Translations under genes and position numbers: made by a program
In this document: one piece after another, positions 49,539-57,760 of the stretch
Layout: each line of letters starts with the position of its first letter
Numbering within the stretch: position 1 is the first letter of the stretch
Assembly (NCBI GenBank): GCA_035528115.1
Contig: DATKZF010000003.1
Coordinates: 227,795 to 291,794, forward strand
From: Candidatus Bipolaricaulota bacterium
GTDB lineage: Bacteria > Patescibacteriota > Patescibacteriia > UBA11705 > DATKZF01
DNA: 64,000 nt
Direction: 5' to 3'
Notes under the pieces: model-generated
What the model was told of the DNA's origin: nothing
The model's database searches: none
The model's input: the letters and a program-made list of their open reading frames with translations, nothing else

Positions 49539-50651
49539 TTAAAAACTGGCGGTCACGTAATATGTCATTGTTTGCGTGTAAGTGCCGGAACTGGTGCCGT
49601 CGTCGATTTTGGCGCGATGCTGAATCAACGCGGTATTGGTCAGATCCGTTGAAATCGGAGAATTCACGCCCGCGCAATCATACAAATCTTCCACAGTGCT
49701 GCCGTCAACGGGCATGGGAGAATCGTCATCCGTGTAATTGCCCAATTCCGTAGCCGCGGTGCCGCCGCTATAACTGCAGCTGCCCGCGGTCACGGCGATG
49801 CCATAGGCTTCGGCGCTGCTGTTGGTTATCGCGCCCGCGCCTTCAGTCACCAAATCAATGTCCAACCCGTCGGCCACGGCGCCCGAACCGGACGTGCGCA
49901 AGTCGCCGTCACTCGTTATCTTAACCGTGTAACCTCCGCTGGCCGTGGAATAAACTTTCAAACGGTATTCGCAAGTGGCCACCGTGTTTAACCCCAGCAA
50001 ACCCAAACCGCAGGCGTTGGTATATCCCGTGTCAGTCGTGTTTCTTATTTCAAATCTTAAAATTGTTTCCACTGAAGCCGTCACAGTCACGTCATTTTCA
50101 TCTCCGGAGTAAAGCAACACTGCGCCGAATTCACTATTGACGCTGGAAGCGGTTAAATAAACGGCATCCATTTGATCCGGAGCGACGGCGGGCGCGGTCA
50201 AGGTCAGACAAAATTCCACGCCGTTGCTTGAGGACGTGGTGGTCGATCCGGAAAAAGTATATGTCGCAATCAGACCTATCGAGGTCCAAGCGCCGTCCGG
50301 AGTGATGTCTCCATCAATATCCGTGGTGTTGCCGCTGACGCAAGCGGTGTCGAGGCTCCAACCGGCAGGCAATTCTAGAGAAATGGTGTCATCCGAAGCG
50401 AACTCTCCCTCAGCGACAAAAGAGAAGAAAACTTCATCGGTCGCGCTCTCCGCGATGTTCGGCCAGGCGCCATGCGAGGCGGGCAGAGCGGGCGTAATCG
50501 TGCCGCCGCCATTGTAATTGGCGTCTTCATTGAGATCGGCGTATAAAATTACGCCGTTATCGGCCTGGGCGTCGATCGGAACCAAGGCGACCGAGAAAGT
50601 CGCCGTGAAAATAATTATGAAGATGAGGGACGAGATGCTTTTTCTATACAT
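49539..50651 (-). CDS. Secreted protein, paralog A of a pair with a conserved C-terminal motif ('YTQTMTYYVTASF')
   Basis: 370 aa with a signal peptide. It shares 'SGGYTVKITSDGDLR' and the C-terminal 'T.T.YY...F' with the next gene. It contains 'AGWSLD' (W-x-L). Confidence 0.5.
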   Translation of the reverse strand: MYRKSISSLIFIIIFTATFSVALVPIDAQADNGVILYADLNEDANYNGGGTITPALPASHGAWPNIAESATDEVFFSFVAEGEFASDDTISLELPAGWSLDTACVSGNTTDIDGDITPDGAWTSIGLIATYTFSGSTTTSSSNGVEFCLTLTAPAVAPDQMDAVYLTASSVNSEFGAVLLYSGDENDVTVTASVETILRFEIRNTTDTGYTNACGLGLLGLNTVATCEYRLKVYSTASGGYTVKITSDGDLRTSGSGAVADGLDIDLVTEGAGAITNSSAEAYGIAVTAGSCSYSGGTAATELGNYTDDDSPMPVDGSTVEDLYDCAGVNSPISTDLTNTALIQHRAKIDDGTSSGTYTQTMTYYVTASF

Positions 50652-50687
50652 ACATATTTTATTTATATTTTATATATTTTATTTTTT

Positions 50688-51653
50688 TCAAAAACCGGCC
50701 ACGCAATAATAGCTGGTGGTATGAGTGTAAACTCCTCCGGCCATTTCCGCTGAATCGATTGACGCTTTGTAAATCACGGCCACGCGAGCGTTATCTTGCT
50801 TGTCAGTGGAAACGGCCACGTCCTGAGCGGTCGAGCTGATCGGCCAATCACCTGACCCGACGGCTTGATCGCCCGTGGTGGAGATGCCGTATTCCGTGCT
50901 GCCGATGCTGACCGTGCCGTCGCTGACATCCACGGTCACATACGGTCCTTCGCCCAATCTCAAATCATGATCTTCGGTAATGTAAACGGTGTAACCGGAC
51001 TCCGCATTGGTATCGACTTCGGCCATGGCCACGCCCGTGGCCACCGTCGCGTCGGTCAATTGTCCGAGCGACAACATCTGTCTATCCAACAAATACACGG
51101 CGTCGTCTCCGCCGGCCGGACTCGCGCTCATGGTCGCTTGATCGCCTGACCATTTATCAACCGTAAAGTCATTGCCAATCACCGAAACGATTTCGCCTAT
51201 GGCCACTTTTTGCCCTTGACCTTCATTTTCAACCACGGCGATAAAGTCGCCGCTGGCAAAACCGATTGCCGAAGAAACCGTCACCGAAAAAGCGGCCAAG
51301 TCAAAAGCGGAATAATCCACCCGACTGCCGTCGTTTTGCGCGTTGACTCGAAATTGCAATTTGGGTTTTTCCGCCTGTCTGTATCCGGCGTTCACCGACC
51401 AATTGCTGCTGGCGCTCTGGCCCGAGCTCAATTGCCCCAAGGTGTCTATGGCTTGATAATTGGTCGAAGACGAATTGTCCGTGCCGCCCGAATTCAGAGA
51501 ATCCCAATCAATAATGTAATTCGAGCTGGTCATGGCAAACACAATCTCCTTGCCGCCGAAAATTTGGCAAGTCAAAAGCGTCAATAAAATCGCGATCGTA
51601 AATTTAACATTTTTTAAAACCATAAAAACCGGAAGTATTTCCTCAATATTCAA
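50688..51653 (-). CDS. Secreted protein, paralog B ('SGYTVYITEDHDLR ... YTHTTSYYCVAGF')
   Basis: 321 aa with a signal peptide. Same conserved internal and C-terminal motifs as paralog A. Confidence 0.5.
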   Translation of the reverse strand: MNIEEILPVFMVLKNVKFTIAILLTLLTCQIFGGKEIVFAMTSSNYIIDWDSLNSGGTDNSSSTNYQAIDTLGQLSSGQSASSNWSVNAGYRQAEKPKLQFRVNAQNDGSRVDYSAFDLAAFSVTVSSAIGFASGDFIAVVENEGQGQKVAIGEIVSVIGNDFTVDKWSGDQATMSASPAGGDDAVYLLDRQMLSLGQLTDATVATGVAMAEVDTNAESGYTVYITEDHDLRLGEGPYVTVDVSDGTVSIGSTEYGISTTGDQAVGSGDWPISSTAQDVAVSTDKQDNARVAVIYKASIDSAEMAGGVYTHTTSYYCVAGF

Positions 51654-52030
51654 AATGAAACCTCATACACTGAAATGGGCTTAAAAATTTAAATTTCTTC
51701 GACTTTTTCTCCCGGAGAAAAAAGAATTCTCCATATAAAATTATACCACAAAACATTGAAATAAATCTGACTTTATTGTGAAAATGTGGATAAAAAAAAG
51801 AAAGCGCGCTCGCTTTCATGGCTTTGTTTCAAATTCATTGGCAAAATCAAACCATTTTCCCAGCTGTTTTGCCGATATTTCTTTTATAATCCGCTGATTT
51901 TCTCCTTGACGGCGTGCGGTATCGGGTCAATTTTTTATTTGTTTTTTTCGAATAATTTTTCATAATGACAAACTTCCCCCCTAGTCCAAACCGATGCTGT
52001 CATCTCGACCGTAGTACCGCCCCGTTCGTC

Positions 52031-52070
52031 ATTCCCGCGAAAGCCTGCCTGCCGGCAGGCAGGCGGGAAT
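52031..52070. repeat. Extended palindrome 'attcccgcgaaagcctgcctgccggcaggcaggcgggaat' (family member)
   Basis: Seen directly. Intergenic, upstream of femAB. Confidence 0.7.
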
Positions 52071-52221
52071 CCACAAAACAGCGACAATGGCATAGGCGGT
52101 GCGTTTAATGAAAAAGATTCTTCCATTCCAGCTTGCTCCGAGCGACCCCGAGTGGGAGTCGAGGGGGCGAAATGACAAACACTATTTAACGCGCAAAATC
52201 TTGCTGATCTTTTATCTGGTA

Positions 52222-53310
52222 CTATCTCGCACGCAAAATCTTGTACATCTTGTACCCCAAATCCCACACCTTCAAAACAACCGGCCTGAAAATAAGCTGA
52301 TAGCACCCCAAATACTCAAAAATCGGCCGGCTCGGGTCAAAACCTTGTTTGAATCTGGTAATACCCTGCCAGGACTTTTCCTTTTTCACTTTGGAATCAG
52401 CGGGCGCGGCTCCCCAAAAATCATAAATTTCAAAGCCTTCTTTTTTCGCGTCGCAAATAGCGCGCCACTGTAAAAGGTGCGGGGCCATGACATTGCGATA
52501 TTTATCCGAAGAGGCGCCGAAAAGGTAGGTGGCCACGTTTTTATAATAAACGCACAAAATCCCGGCCACAACTTTGTTTTCAAATTTCGCCAAATACAAT
52601 TTCGAAAAATCGAATTTTAAAATATCCTCGAAATATTTCAGCGGGTACGCGCCGAATTTTTGCCGAGCCGTTGTTTGTTTCAATAATTCAAAGAACGTGG
52701 CCGCGTCTTTTGACTCCTCGACCTTCACTCCCTTTTTCTCAGCCAGCCTGATATTATATCTGGTTTTCTGGCTCATTTTCGCCAGCAATTCGTCTTCAGA
52801 CTGTGAAATATCGAGCATGATGGTGTGGGCCGGCTGGACTTCGTCATTTGATTTTTTCAAACCCAGATTCTCAAAAGCTTTTTTCCAAACATTTTTTTCA
52901 TCAATGGCCAAGCTCGACCACTTTTCTTTTTCCGGCAAATTTCCGGCGTCAATTATCACATTGGGATCGATTCGAAAAAGCAATGATTTGTTTTCTTTGG
53001 CAATCGCACGGACTTTTTCAAATAATAATTTCAAAACCTGCTCGAGCTTTTGCTCGTCATTTAAAATTTCATCGCAAACGACCGGGCCTCTGGGGCAATA
53101 CAAGCCGTTTTGTCCGATCAAAAACCGATGTTTCCAAAAAAACATTTGCGCCAAGATTTTCTCGCCGTCTTTTACCTCCAATCGCCAGATTTTTTGCTGG
53201 CGGCCGGACTGAAATTCGCCCCATTCAAAAGATTGTAAAAGAGAGCCGGTTTTTTGGGCGGCGTTGAAGGAAGAATAGGGGGTTTGAATTTGAGATTGTT
53301 CGACAATCAT
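52222..53310 (-). CDS. FemAB-family peptidoglycan interpeptide-bridge aminoacyltransferase
   Basis: 362 aa. Family-typical motifs ('YNIRLAEKKG', 'GAYPLKYF', 'APHLLQWRAI'). Confidence 0.75.
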   Translation of the reverse strand: MIVEQSQIQTPYSSFNAAQKTGSLLQSFEWGEFQSGRQQKIWRLEVKDGEKILAQMFFWKHRFLIGQNGLYCPRGPVVCDEILNDEQKLEQVLKLLFEKVRAIAKENKSLLFRIDPNVIIDAGNLPEKEKWSSLAIDEKNVWKKAFENLGLKKSNDEVQPAHTIMLDISQSEDELLAKMSQKTRYNIRLAEKKGVKVEESKDAATFFELLKQTTARQKFGAYPLKYFEDILKFDFSKLYLAKFENKVVAGILCVYYKNVATYLFGASSDKYRNVMAPHLLQWRAICDAKKEGFEIYDFWGAAPADSKVKKEKSWQGITRFKQGFDPSRPIFEYLGCYQLIFRPVVLKVWDLGYKMYKILRAR

Positions 53311-53346
53311 AATGCAAAGGTGTAAGCCTAATAAAATTATTCAATT

Positions 53347-54192
53347 TCAATGACGAGGATTTTTGTTTTTCAATTGCCGCTCATTACTGCCATTAATGAC
53401 GCTCTTTCCGGTTTTGCTTTCAATGTCCTTTCTGGCATTACCGGCCACGCTTCCGCCATCTCTTGCCACGATTTTATTTTCATCCATATTTTTCGGCTGA
53501 CGTTTTTGGGAAATTTCGGTCGTGGCGGTTTCGGCAAGCATATTCAAAACCAGCTCAAGATTCGTCATATTATCGCGTAAATTTTCCTTTTTCAAATTTT
53601 TCAACCGCTTGTATTCTTTGGTGGTCAATCCTGCCCAAGCCTTGATTATCTCATCGGTGAGAATGGCAAATTCCAATCCATCTTTCACGCCGCGCTTTTC
53701 CCATTCATCGGTCAACGCTTTTCTTATTTCAATACTTTTTAAGCGTTGATTGATCCATTCCTGACTGTACCCCTTTTGCCAATAAGTCTTTAGCGCGCGG
53801 TCTATCGCCAATTCCGGATCAGCGGTCTCCTCCAGCCGTTCATATCCCACGCGCGCCAGCCAAAGTTTAAATGGTTCGGCATTGGGAGAAGGGATGGACT
53901 GGATAAGACGAAGCATGGTTTCGGTATCAGCCGCGTCAGTAAGACGCATTTTGCCGTCCGGGGCAATCATTTTCAAAGCGTTACATTTTGTAACGGTTTC
54001 ATTTGAACCTTCATCAATCAATCGTTTTTTCAGCACGCGCCAATAAACCTGCGGATTATCACTCTTTGTAAGAACCGCTATTACATCAGCTACCGAGAAA
54101 TACCAGATTTCCTTTTCTCCGTCCCAATGACGGCGAATTTGATTTCCTTCAAAAATCGCTATTGTTTTGTTTTTTGATTCCTTTTTTGCCAT
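53347..54192 (-). CDS. DinD-like DNA-damage-inducible protein with a Bro-N/KilAC-like N-terminal domain
   Basis: 281 aa. 'IAIFEGNQIRRHWDGEKEIWYFSVADVIAVLT' is Bro-N-like. The overall layout resembles E. coli DinD. Confidence 0.6.
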   Translation of the reverse strand: MAKKESKNKTIAIFEGNQIRRHWDGEKEIWYFSVADVIAVLTKSDNPQVYWRVLKKRLIDEGSNETVTKCNALKMIAPDGKMRLTDAADTETMLRLIQSIPSPNAEPFKLWLARVGYERLEETADPELAIDRALKTYWQKGYSQEWINQRLKSIEIRKALTDEWEKRGVKDGLEFAILTDEIIKAWAGLTTKEYKRLKNLKKENLRDNMTNLELVLNMLAETATTEISQKRQPKNMDENKIVARDGGSVAGNARKDIESKTGKSVINGSNERQLKNKNPRH

Positions 54193-54218
54193 GATATTTA
54201 CAAATTTATTTCAAAAAC

Positions 54219-54395
54219 TTATTTTTCTTTCCGGCTAAAAATTTTCTCTCCGTCTTTTACCTCCAACCGCCGGATTTTTTGCTGGCGGGTTTTTTGGAAT
54301 TCGGACCAATTCAAGGATTGCAAAAGAGAGGAGGTTTTTGGGGAAAGGGCAAAATTTTGCCAGGAGGTTTGATCAGAAAATTCTTCGATTCTCAT
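54219..54395 (-). pseudogene. Diverged duplicate of the femAB 5' end (N-terminal 55 codons), a remnant
   Basis: Nucleotides 54225-54400 are about 80% identical to 53160-53310. It translates to 'MRIEEFSDQTSWQNFALSPKTSSLLQSLNWSEFQKTRQQKIRRLEVKDGEKIF', against femAB 'MIVEQSQIQTPYSSFNAAQKTGSLLQSFEWGEFQSGRQQKIWRLEVKDGEKIL'. It then terminates. Confidence 0.55.
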
Positions 54396-54407
54396 TATAT
54401 TAAAAAA

Positions 54408-54920
54408 TTATTCTTTAAATATTAAATATTTTTTAAAAAGTTCTCTTGATTCGTCAAATTGTTTTTGAAACCAAGTCAACAAATCATAACTTTCTTGAGC
54501 CAACCCTGTTCTTTTATCTCCAATAGGTAACCTTGCATCATTCAATAATCTGCTCACCATTGCTAAACGTATCGCCTTTCCTCTTAGAGTGTCAATATAA
54601 TTGGGAATCTCTTTATCAAATAGAAATTCTCTTTCATTTGTATCTGCGATAAATTGATTTAGGACTTTAGGGTTAACTGTCGCATTAATCATGGCATCAC
54701 GCAATAAAGCAGTGATTGCCTTATATATCGTGTATCTTCTGTCATATAGATTTAATTTAAATTGATCAGATCTTGTTCTGTGTTCTTGATATGCGATATA
54801 CGCTACAAAAATAGCAATCATGGGGGTCAATAGGCCTGATAGTATTACTATCAATCTAACATATTCGATCATCTCCGTTATTTTATGAATTATTGACACG
54901 GTAAACATAACGACAAACAT
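54408..54920 (-). CDS. Hypothetical single-pass membrane protein, downstream partner of the Rx4HG (HEPN-like) gene
   Basis: 170 aa with an N-terminal TM 'VRLIVILSGLLTPMIAIFVAYIAY' and a cytoplasmic helical domain. A 2-nt gap to the upstream gene suggests an operon. Confidence 0.45.
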   Translation of the reverse strand: MFVVMFTVSIIHKITEMIEYVRLIVILSGLLTPMIAIFVAYIAYQEHRTRSDQFKLNLYDRRYTIYKAITALLRDAMINATVNPKVLNQFIADTNEREFLFDKEIPNYIDTLRGKAIRLAMVSRLLNDARLPIGDKRTGLAQESYDLLTWFQKQFDESRELFKKYLIFKE

Positions 54921-54922
54921 AC

Positions 54923-56065
54923 TTAACTGTAAAAAAATAATTGATCAAGAATCAAAATCAACTGTAAAGCACGTTGCTTTGTATATTGTTGTGGTTCCGC
55001 AACTCCGTGGCCCGCTGAATTGCGCGACATACCAATATTTCCAGCCTCGACATTAAAGGTTGCAAAGACAACATCCTTTAAGTATGTTAAAAATGGCAGA
55101 GGAAATAACAATGAATGATCTGAACCAGTTTTATTTTTCGCCTTTTCGACAATGTGTTTGGATAACTCGTATGATTTTATTCCAACGCCTTTCCCCGTAT
55201 CTACAAAATAAAGTATTCTCAATACTCCTTCAATCTCAGACCACAATGTTTTTATGCAAGTCACAAATCCATCCGGATTATTTTGCATATAAGCATTAAC
55301 ACCAGCCCCAATCAAAGCCTTTTTTTCTGAAAAAATTTTGTTTTGCCACCACTTTTCTGTTATTTTCTTTATGCGACTTGAATCAAAACTATCTACAATA
55401 ATTTTAATTCTGTTTTCAAAATCAAATCTGTTTTGATAGACTTCAGTCAATTGCTTGTAAGCAATGGCAATAATCTCTATAAAAGGGAACCAACCATCTT
55501 TCCTCATATCAGCGAACTGAGCCCCCGCCTCCAGGGTTTTATAAACATGATAAAAAGAAAGATATCTATACAATCCGCCTATAGATAATTCCATTTTCTC
55601 CATATCTAATTGTTGGTGATCTCCCGTGTGGAAATCAACCGCAGTAAAATCAAAAAATAATCCAAATCGCCATCCAACTTTAAAACAATAAATTACACTG
55701 TCATTTGAAACAATACTTATATCACCAAACTTTATTTTTCTGATGTCTGCGACGTCGGCATCGGTTATGGCCTCTCCAACCTTTACATCTCTCTTTGCCT
55801 TAATTTCAACTAATACTTTAAAATCATTCACATATAGATCCGCGCTCAAATCATCATGTATAACAATGAGGAACTGGCATACTGAATCTTCCAGAACACC
55901 TGCTCGGGATAGAAACAAGTTTGATATTTGATCCATGTATTTGTAAAAAACCGGCTCGTCTGACGTTAACTTAGCGCGTATTAAAATTTCTGCCACCTCG
56001 CCGTCTTTTACATTCTTGGTAGAAAAGCCAGCAAGATTATCGACTTTATCAAAGTAAAATTTCAT
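54923..56065 (-). CDS. Hypothetical protein with a C-terminal Rx4HG (HEPN-like) motif. Candidate RNase toxin / abortive-infection effector.
   Basis: 380 aa. 'NIGMSRNSAGHGVAEP' carries R-x4-H-G near the C-terminus (compare 'RNxxAHG' of many HEPN nucleases). No other family recognised. GC is lower than the background. Confidence 0.4.
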   Translation of the reverse strand: MKFYFDKVDNLAGFSTKNVKDGEVAEILIRAKLTSDEPVFYKYMDQISNLFLSRAGVLEDSVCQFLIVIHDDLSADLYVNDFKVLVEIKAKRDVKVGEAITDADVADIRKIKFGDISIVSNDSVIYCFKVGWRFGLFFDFTAVDFHTGDHQQLDMEKMELSIGGLYRYLSFYHVYKTLEAGAQFADMRKDGWFPFIEIIAIAYKQLTEVYQNRFDFENRIKIIVDSFDSSRIKKITEKWWQNKIFSEKKALIGAGVNAYMQNNPDGFVTCIKTLWSEIEGVLRILYFVDTGKGVGIKSYELSKHIVEKAKNKTGSDHSLLFPLPFLTYLKDVVFATFNVEAGNIGMSRNSAGHGVAEPQQYTKQRALQLILILDQLFFYS

Positions 56066-56141
56066 ATTAATTTAATGTCTCAAAAATCTTCTTTACTAAT
56101 TTCGTCCTCGCGTAAAAAGCGCGCGTTATCGGTCGCCTTTA

Positions 56142-56333
56142 CTAAACCCACCACGCCTGAAACTCCGGATACGTCAGGGAATCGTAAAAATCCAAATATT
56201 TATCATCCTCCCAAACCAGCTCCGTGAAATTCTTCAGATCTTCATTATATCCGCGGCACATGACTTTCAAGCGCGCCAGCGGATTGAATCTTAACATGAT
56301 TTTAGCGGAAGTGGGAGAGATATTGATTTCCAT
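56142..56333 (-). CDS. Hypothetical small protein (63 aa)
   Basis: ORF between the DpnI-like gene and the Rx4HG gene. No recognisable motif. Confidence 0.3.
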   Translation of the reverse strand: MEINISPTSAKIMLRFNPLARLKVMCRGYNEDLKNFTELVWEDDKYLDFYDSLTYPEFQAWWV

Positions 56334-56338
56334 ATTTT

Positions 56339-57109
56339 TTAATTGAGTTTGTATTTCCCTCTGCCCAAAAACTTCAAATACCCGCCATCGCGCAAAAACT
56401 GCAACTGCTGGCGGATTTTGTCTTTGATATGCTTATTTTCTGGATGCAAAAGGCTTAATTCTTTTTCAAAAGCATACATTTCATCGAGCGAAAATTCTTT
56501 TTTCCCGACTTGATCAACGCAGCACATGACGTCAAGCGTCCAGCCTTTGGCTGATATTTCTTTTTCTTCTCGCAAAAACAAAGTTTTCTTCCAGTCGTCC
56601 AGCACCTTTTTCTTCGGCGCAATTCGCTTATCTCGGACGAAAAATATTTTGCCGGTTTGAGGAATGCTTTTTAGAATGATATTGCAGCCCACCCAGCCGG
56701 CGCGGCGAGCGGATGGAGGAAGCGGCTTTCGTTTCTCGATCATTTCAGGCACGAAAAAATGTTTGGGGATCACGATAAAATTTATTACCTGCAAGCTCTT
56801 CAAATTATAATTTAGAAAAAAGAAATTGGGATTGGCGCTGCTTTTCAGACGATCCAACATGGTCTTATACGCTCCGTCGACTATTTTCAAACCCATGGAA
56901 TCTCTTTTACTTTTCAATTCATAATCTTCCAGGCAATTGGCGCAATAAAAATCGGCTGCCGGCCGATTATTCGGATATTTATCGATTTCAACGCGGCCGC
57001 AATTCGGACAAAAGATGGAATGATCAACCCAATTTTCCGTCAAAACGCGCGCTTTTTGCGAAGCGCTTTTATAATTTGTAGCTAACTTTTTATCAAAAAA
57101 TAATTTCAT
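56339..57109 (-). CDS. DpnI-like methyl-directed restriction endonuclease (Dam-replacing protein family)
   Basis: 256 aa. 'YKSASQKARVLTENWV...FCPNCG...NRPAADFYCANC...YELKSKRD' matches the DpnI/DRP catalytic domain pattern. A C-terminal winged-helix-like region ends 'FLGRGKYKLN'. Confidence 0.6.
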   Translation of the reverse strand: MKLFFDKKLATNYKSASQKARVLTENWVDHSIFCPNCGRVEIDKYPNNRPAADFYCANCLEDYELKSKRDSMGLKIVDGAYKTMLDRLKSSANPNFFFLNYNLKSLQVINFIVIPKHFFVPEMIEKRKPLPPSARRAGWVGCNIILKSIPQTGKIFFVRDKRIAPKKKVLDDWKKTLFLREEKEISAKGWTLDVMCCVDQVGKKEFSLDEMYAFEKELSLLHPENKHIKDKIRQQLQFLRDGGYLKFLGRGKYKLN

Positions 57110-57128
57110 GTTTATTAGACTTTAAAAT

Positions 57129-57758
57129 TTATTTACAAGCCCGCGCGACCCATCTGCCATGGCTATCCAAATCCAATTGCAGATCTCTAAATTTTGAAAA
57201 CAATTTTTGAACTTCCTCCCTTGTATAAAAACTGTGAGGCAATCCTTTTTCCGGACCCGATAATGGGGCGAAAGTCCCTTCGGATATTTCCTGATGATTT
57301 TTAAAAGTATTCCATTTCTTACTGCTTTCAAGATCAGGCAACGTAATGAAGGTTCTTCCATTGGTAACAATTGACTCAAAAATTCTATTTATCAAAGATT
57401 GAACCTGCGCCTTTGTTCCATGGTGGATCGTGGCGATGGACAGTATCAAATCGTATTTATCCTTAGGAATTTCAAATTCAAACATATTCGAGCAAAGAAT
57501 GACGGAATCATCGCCCAGCTCTTTTTTTGTCATTTCCACCGCTGTTTCACTCGAATCAATGCCATCTGTTTTAAATCCGCCTGCTTCCAAAAATTGCAAA
57601 TATTTTCCCGTACCGCACCCGATATCCAAAACATATTTAATTTCAAAATCAGATTGATTTAAAAATTCTTTAAATAAAGGATGGATTTCTTCCGAAAGAG
57701 TCGCCCAAGCTTGGCCGCCTTGCTGATAATTCTTATAAATTTTATCCCAAATAGTCAT
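57129..57758 (-). CDS. Class I SAM-dependent methyltransferase (TehB-like small-molecule MTase)
   Basis: 209 aa. 'VLDIGCGTGKYLQFL' is motif I. It lacks DNA-MTase target-recognition features. Confidence 0.75.
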   Translation of the reverse strand: MTIWDKIYKNYQQGGQAWATLSEEIHPLFKEFLNQSDFEIKYVLDIGCGTGKYLQFLEAGGFKTDGIDSSETAVEMTKKELGDDSVILCSNMFEFEIPKDKYDLILSIATIHHGTKAQVQSLINRIFESIVTNGRTFITLPDLESSKKWNTFKNHQEISEGTFAPLSGPEKGLPHSFYTREEVQKLFSKFRDLQLDLDSHGRWVARACK

Positions 57759-57760
57759 AT

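Noticed and set aside
57129-57758. Methyltransferase considered as the DNA-modification partner of the DpnI-like enzyme
   Set aside because: It is a small class I SAM MTase with TehB-like features and no target-recognition domain. DpnI-type enzymes are modification-dependent and need no cognate methylase.
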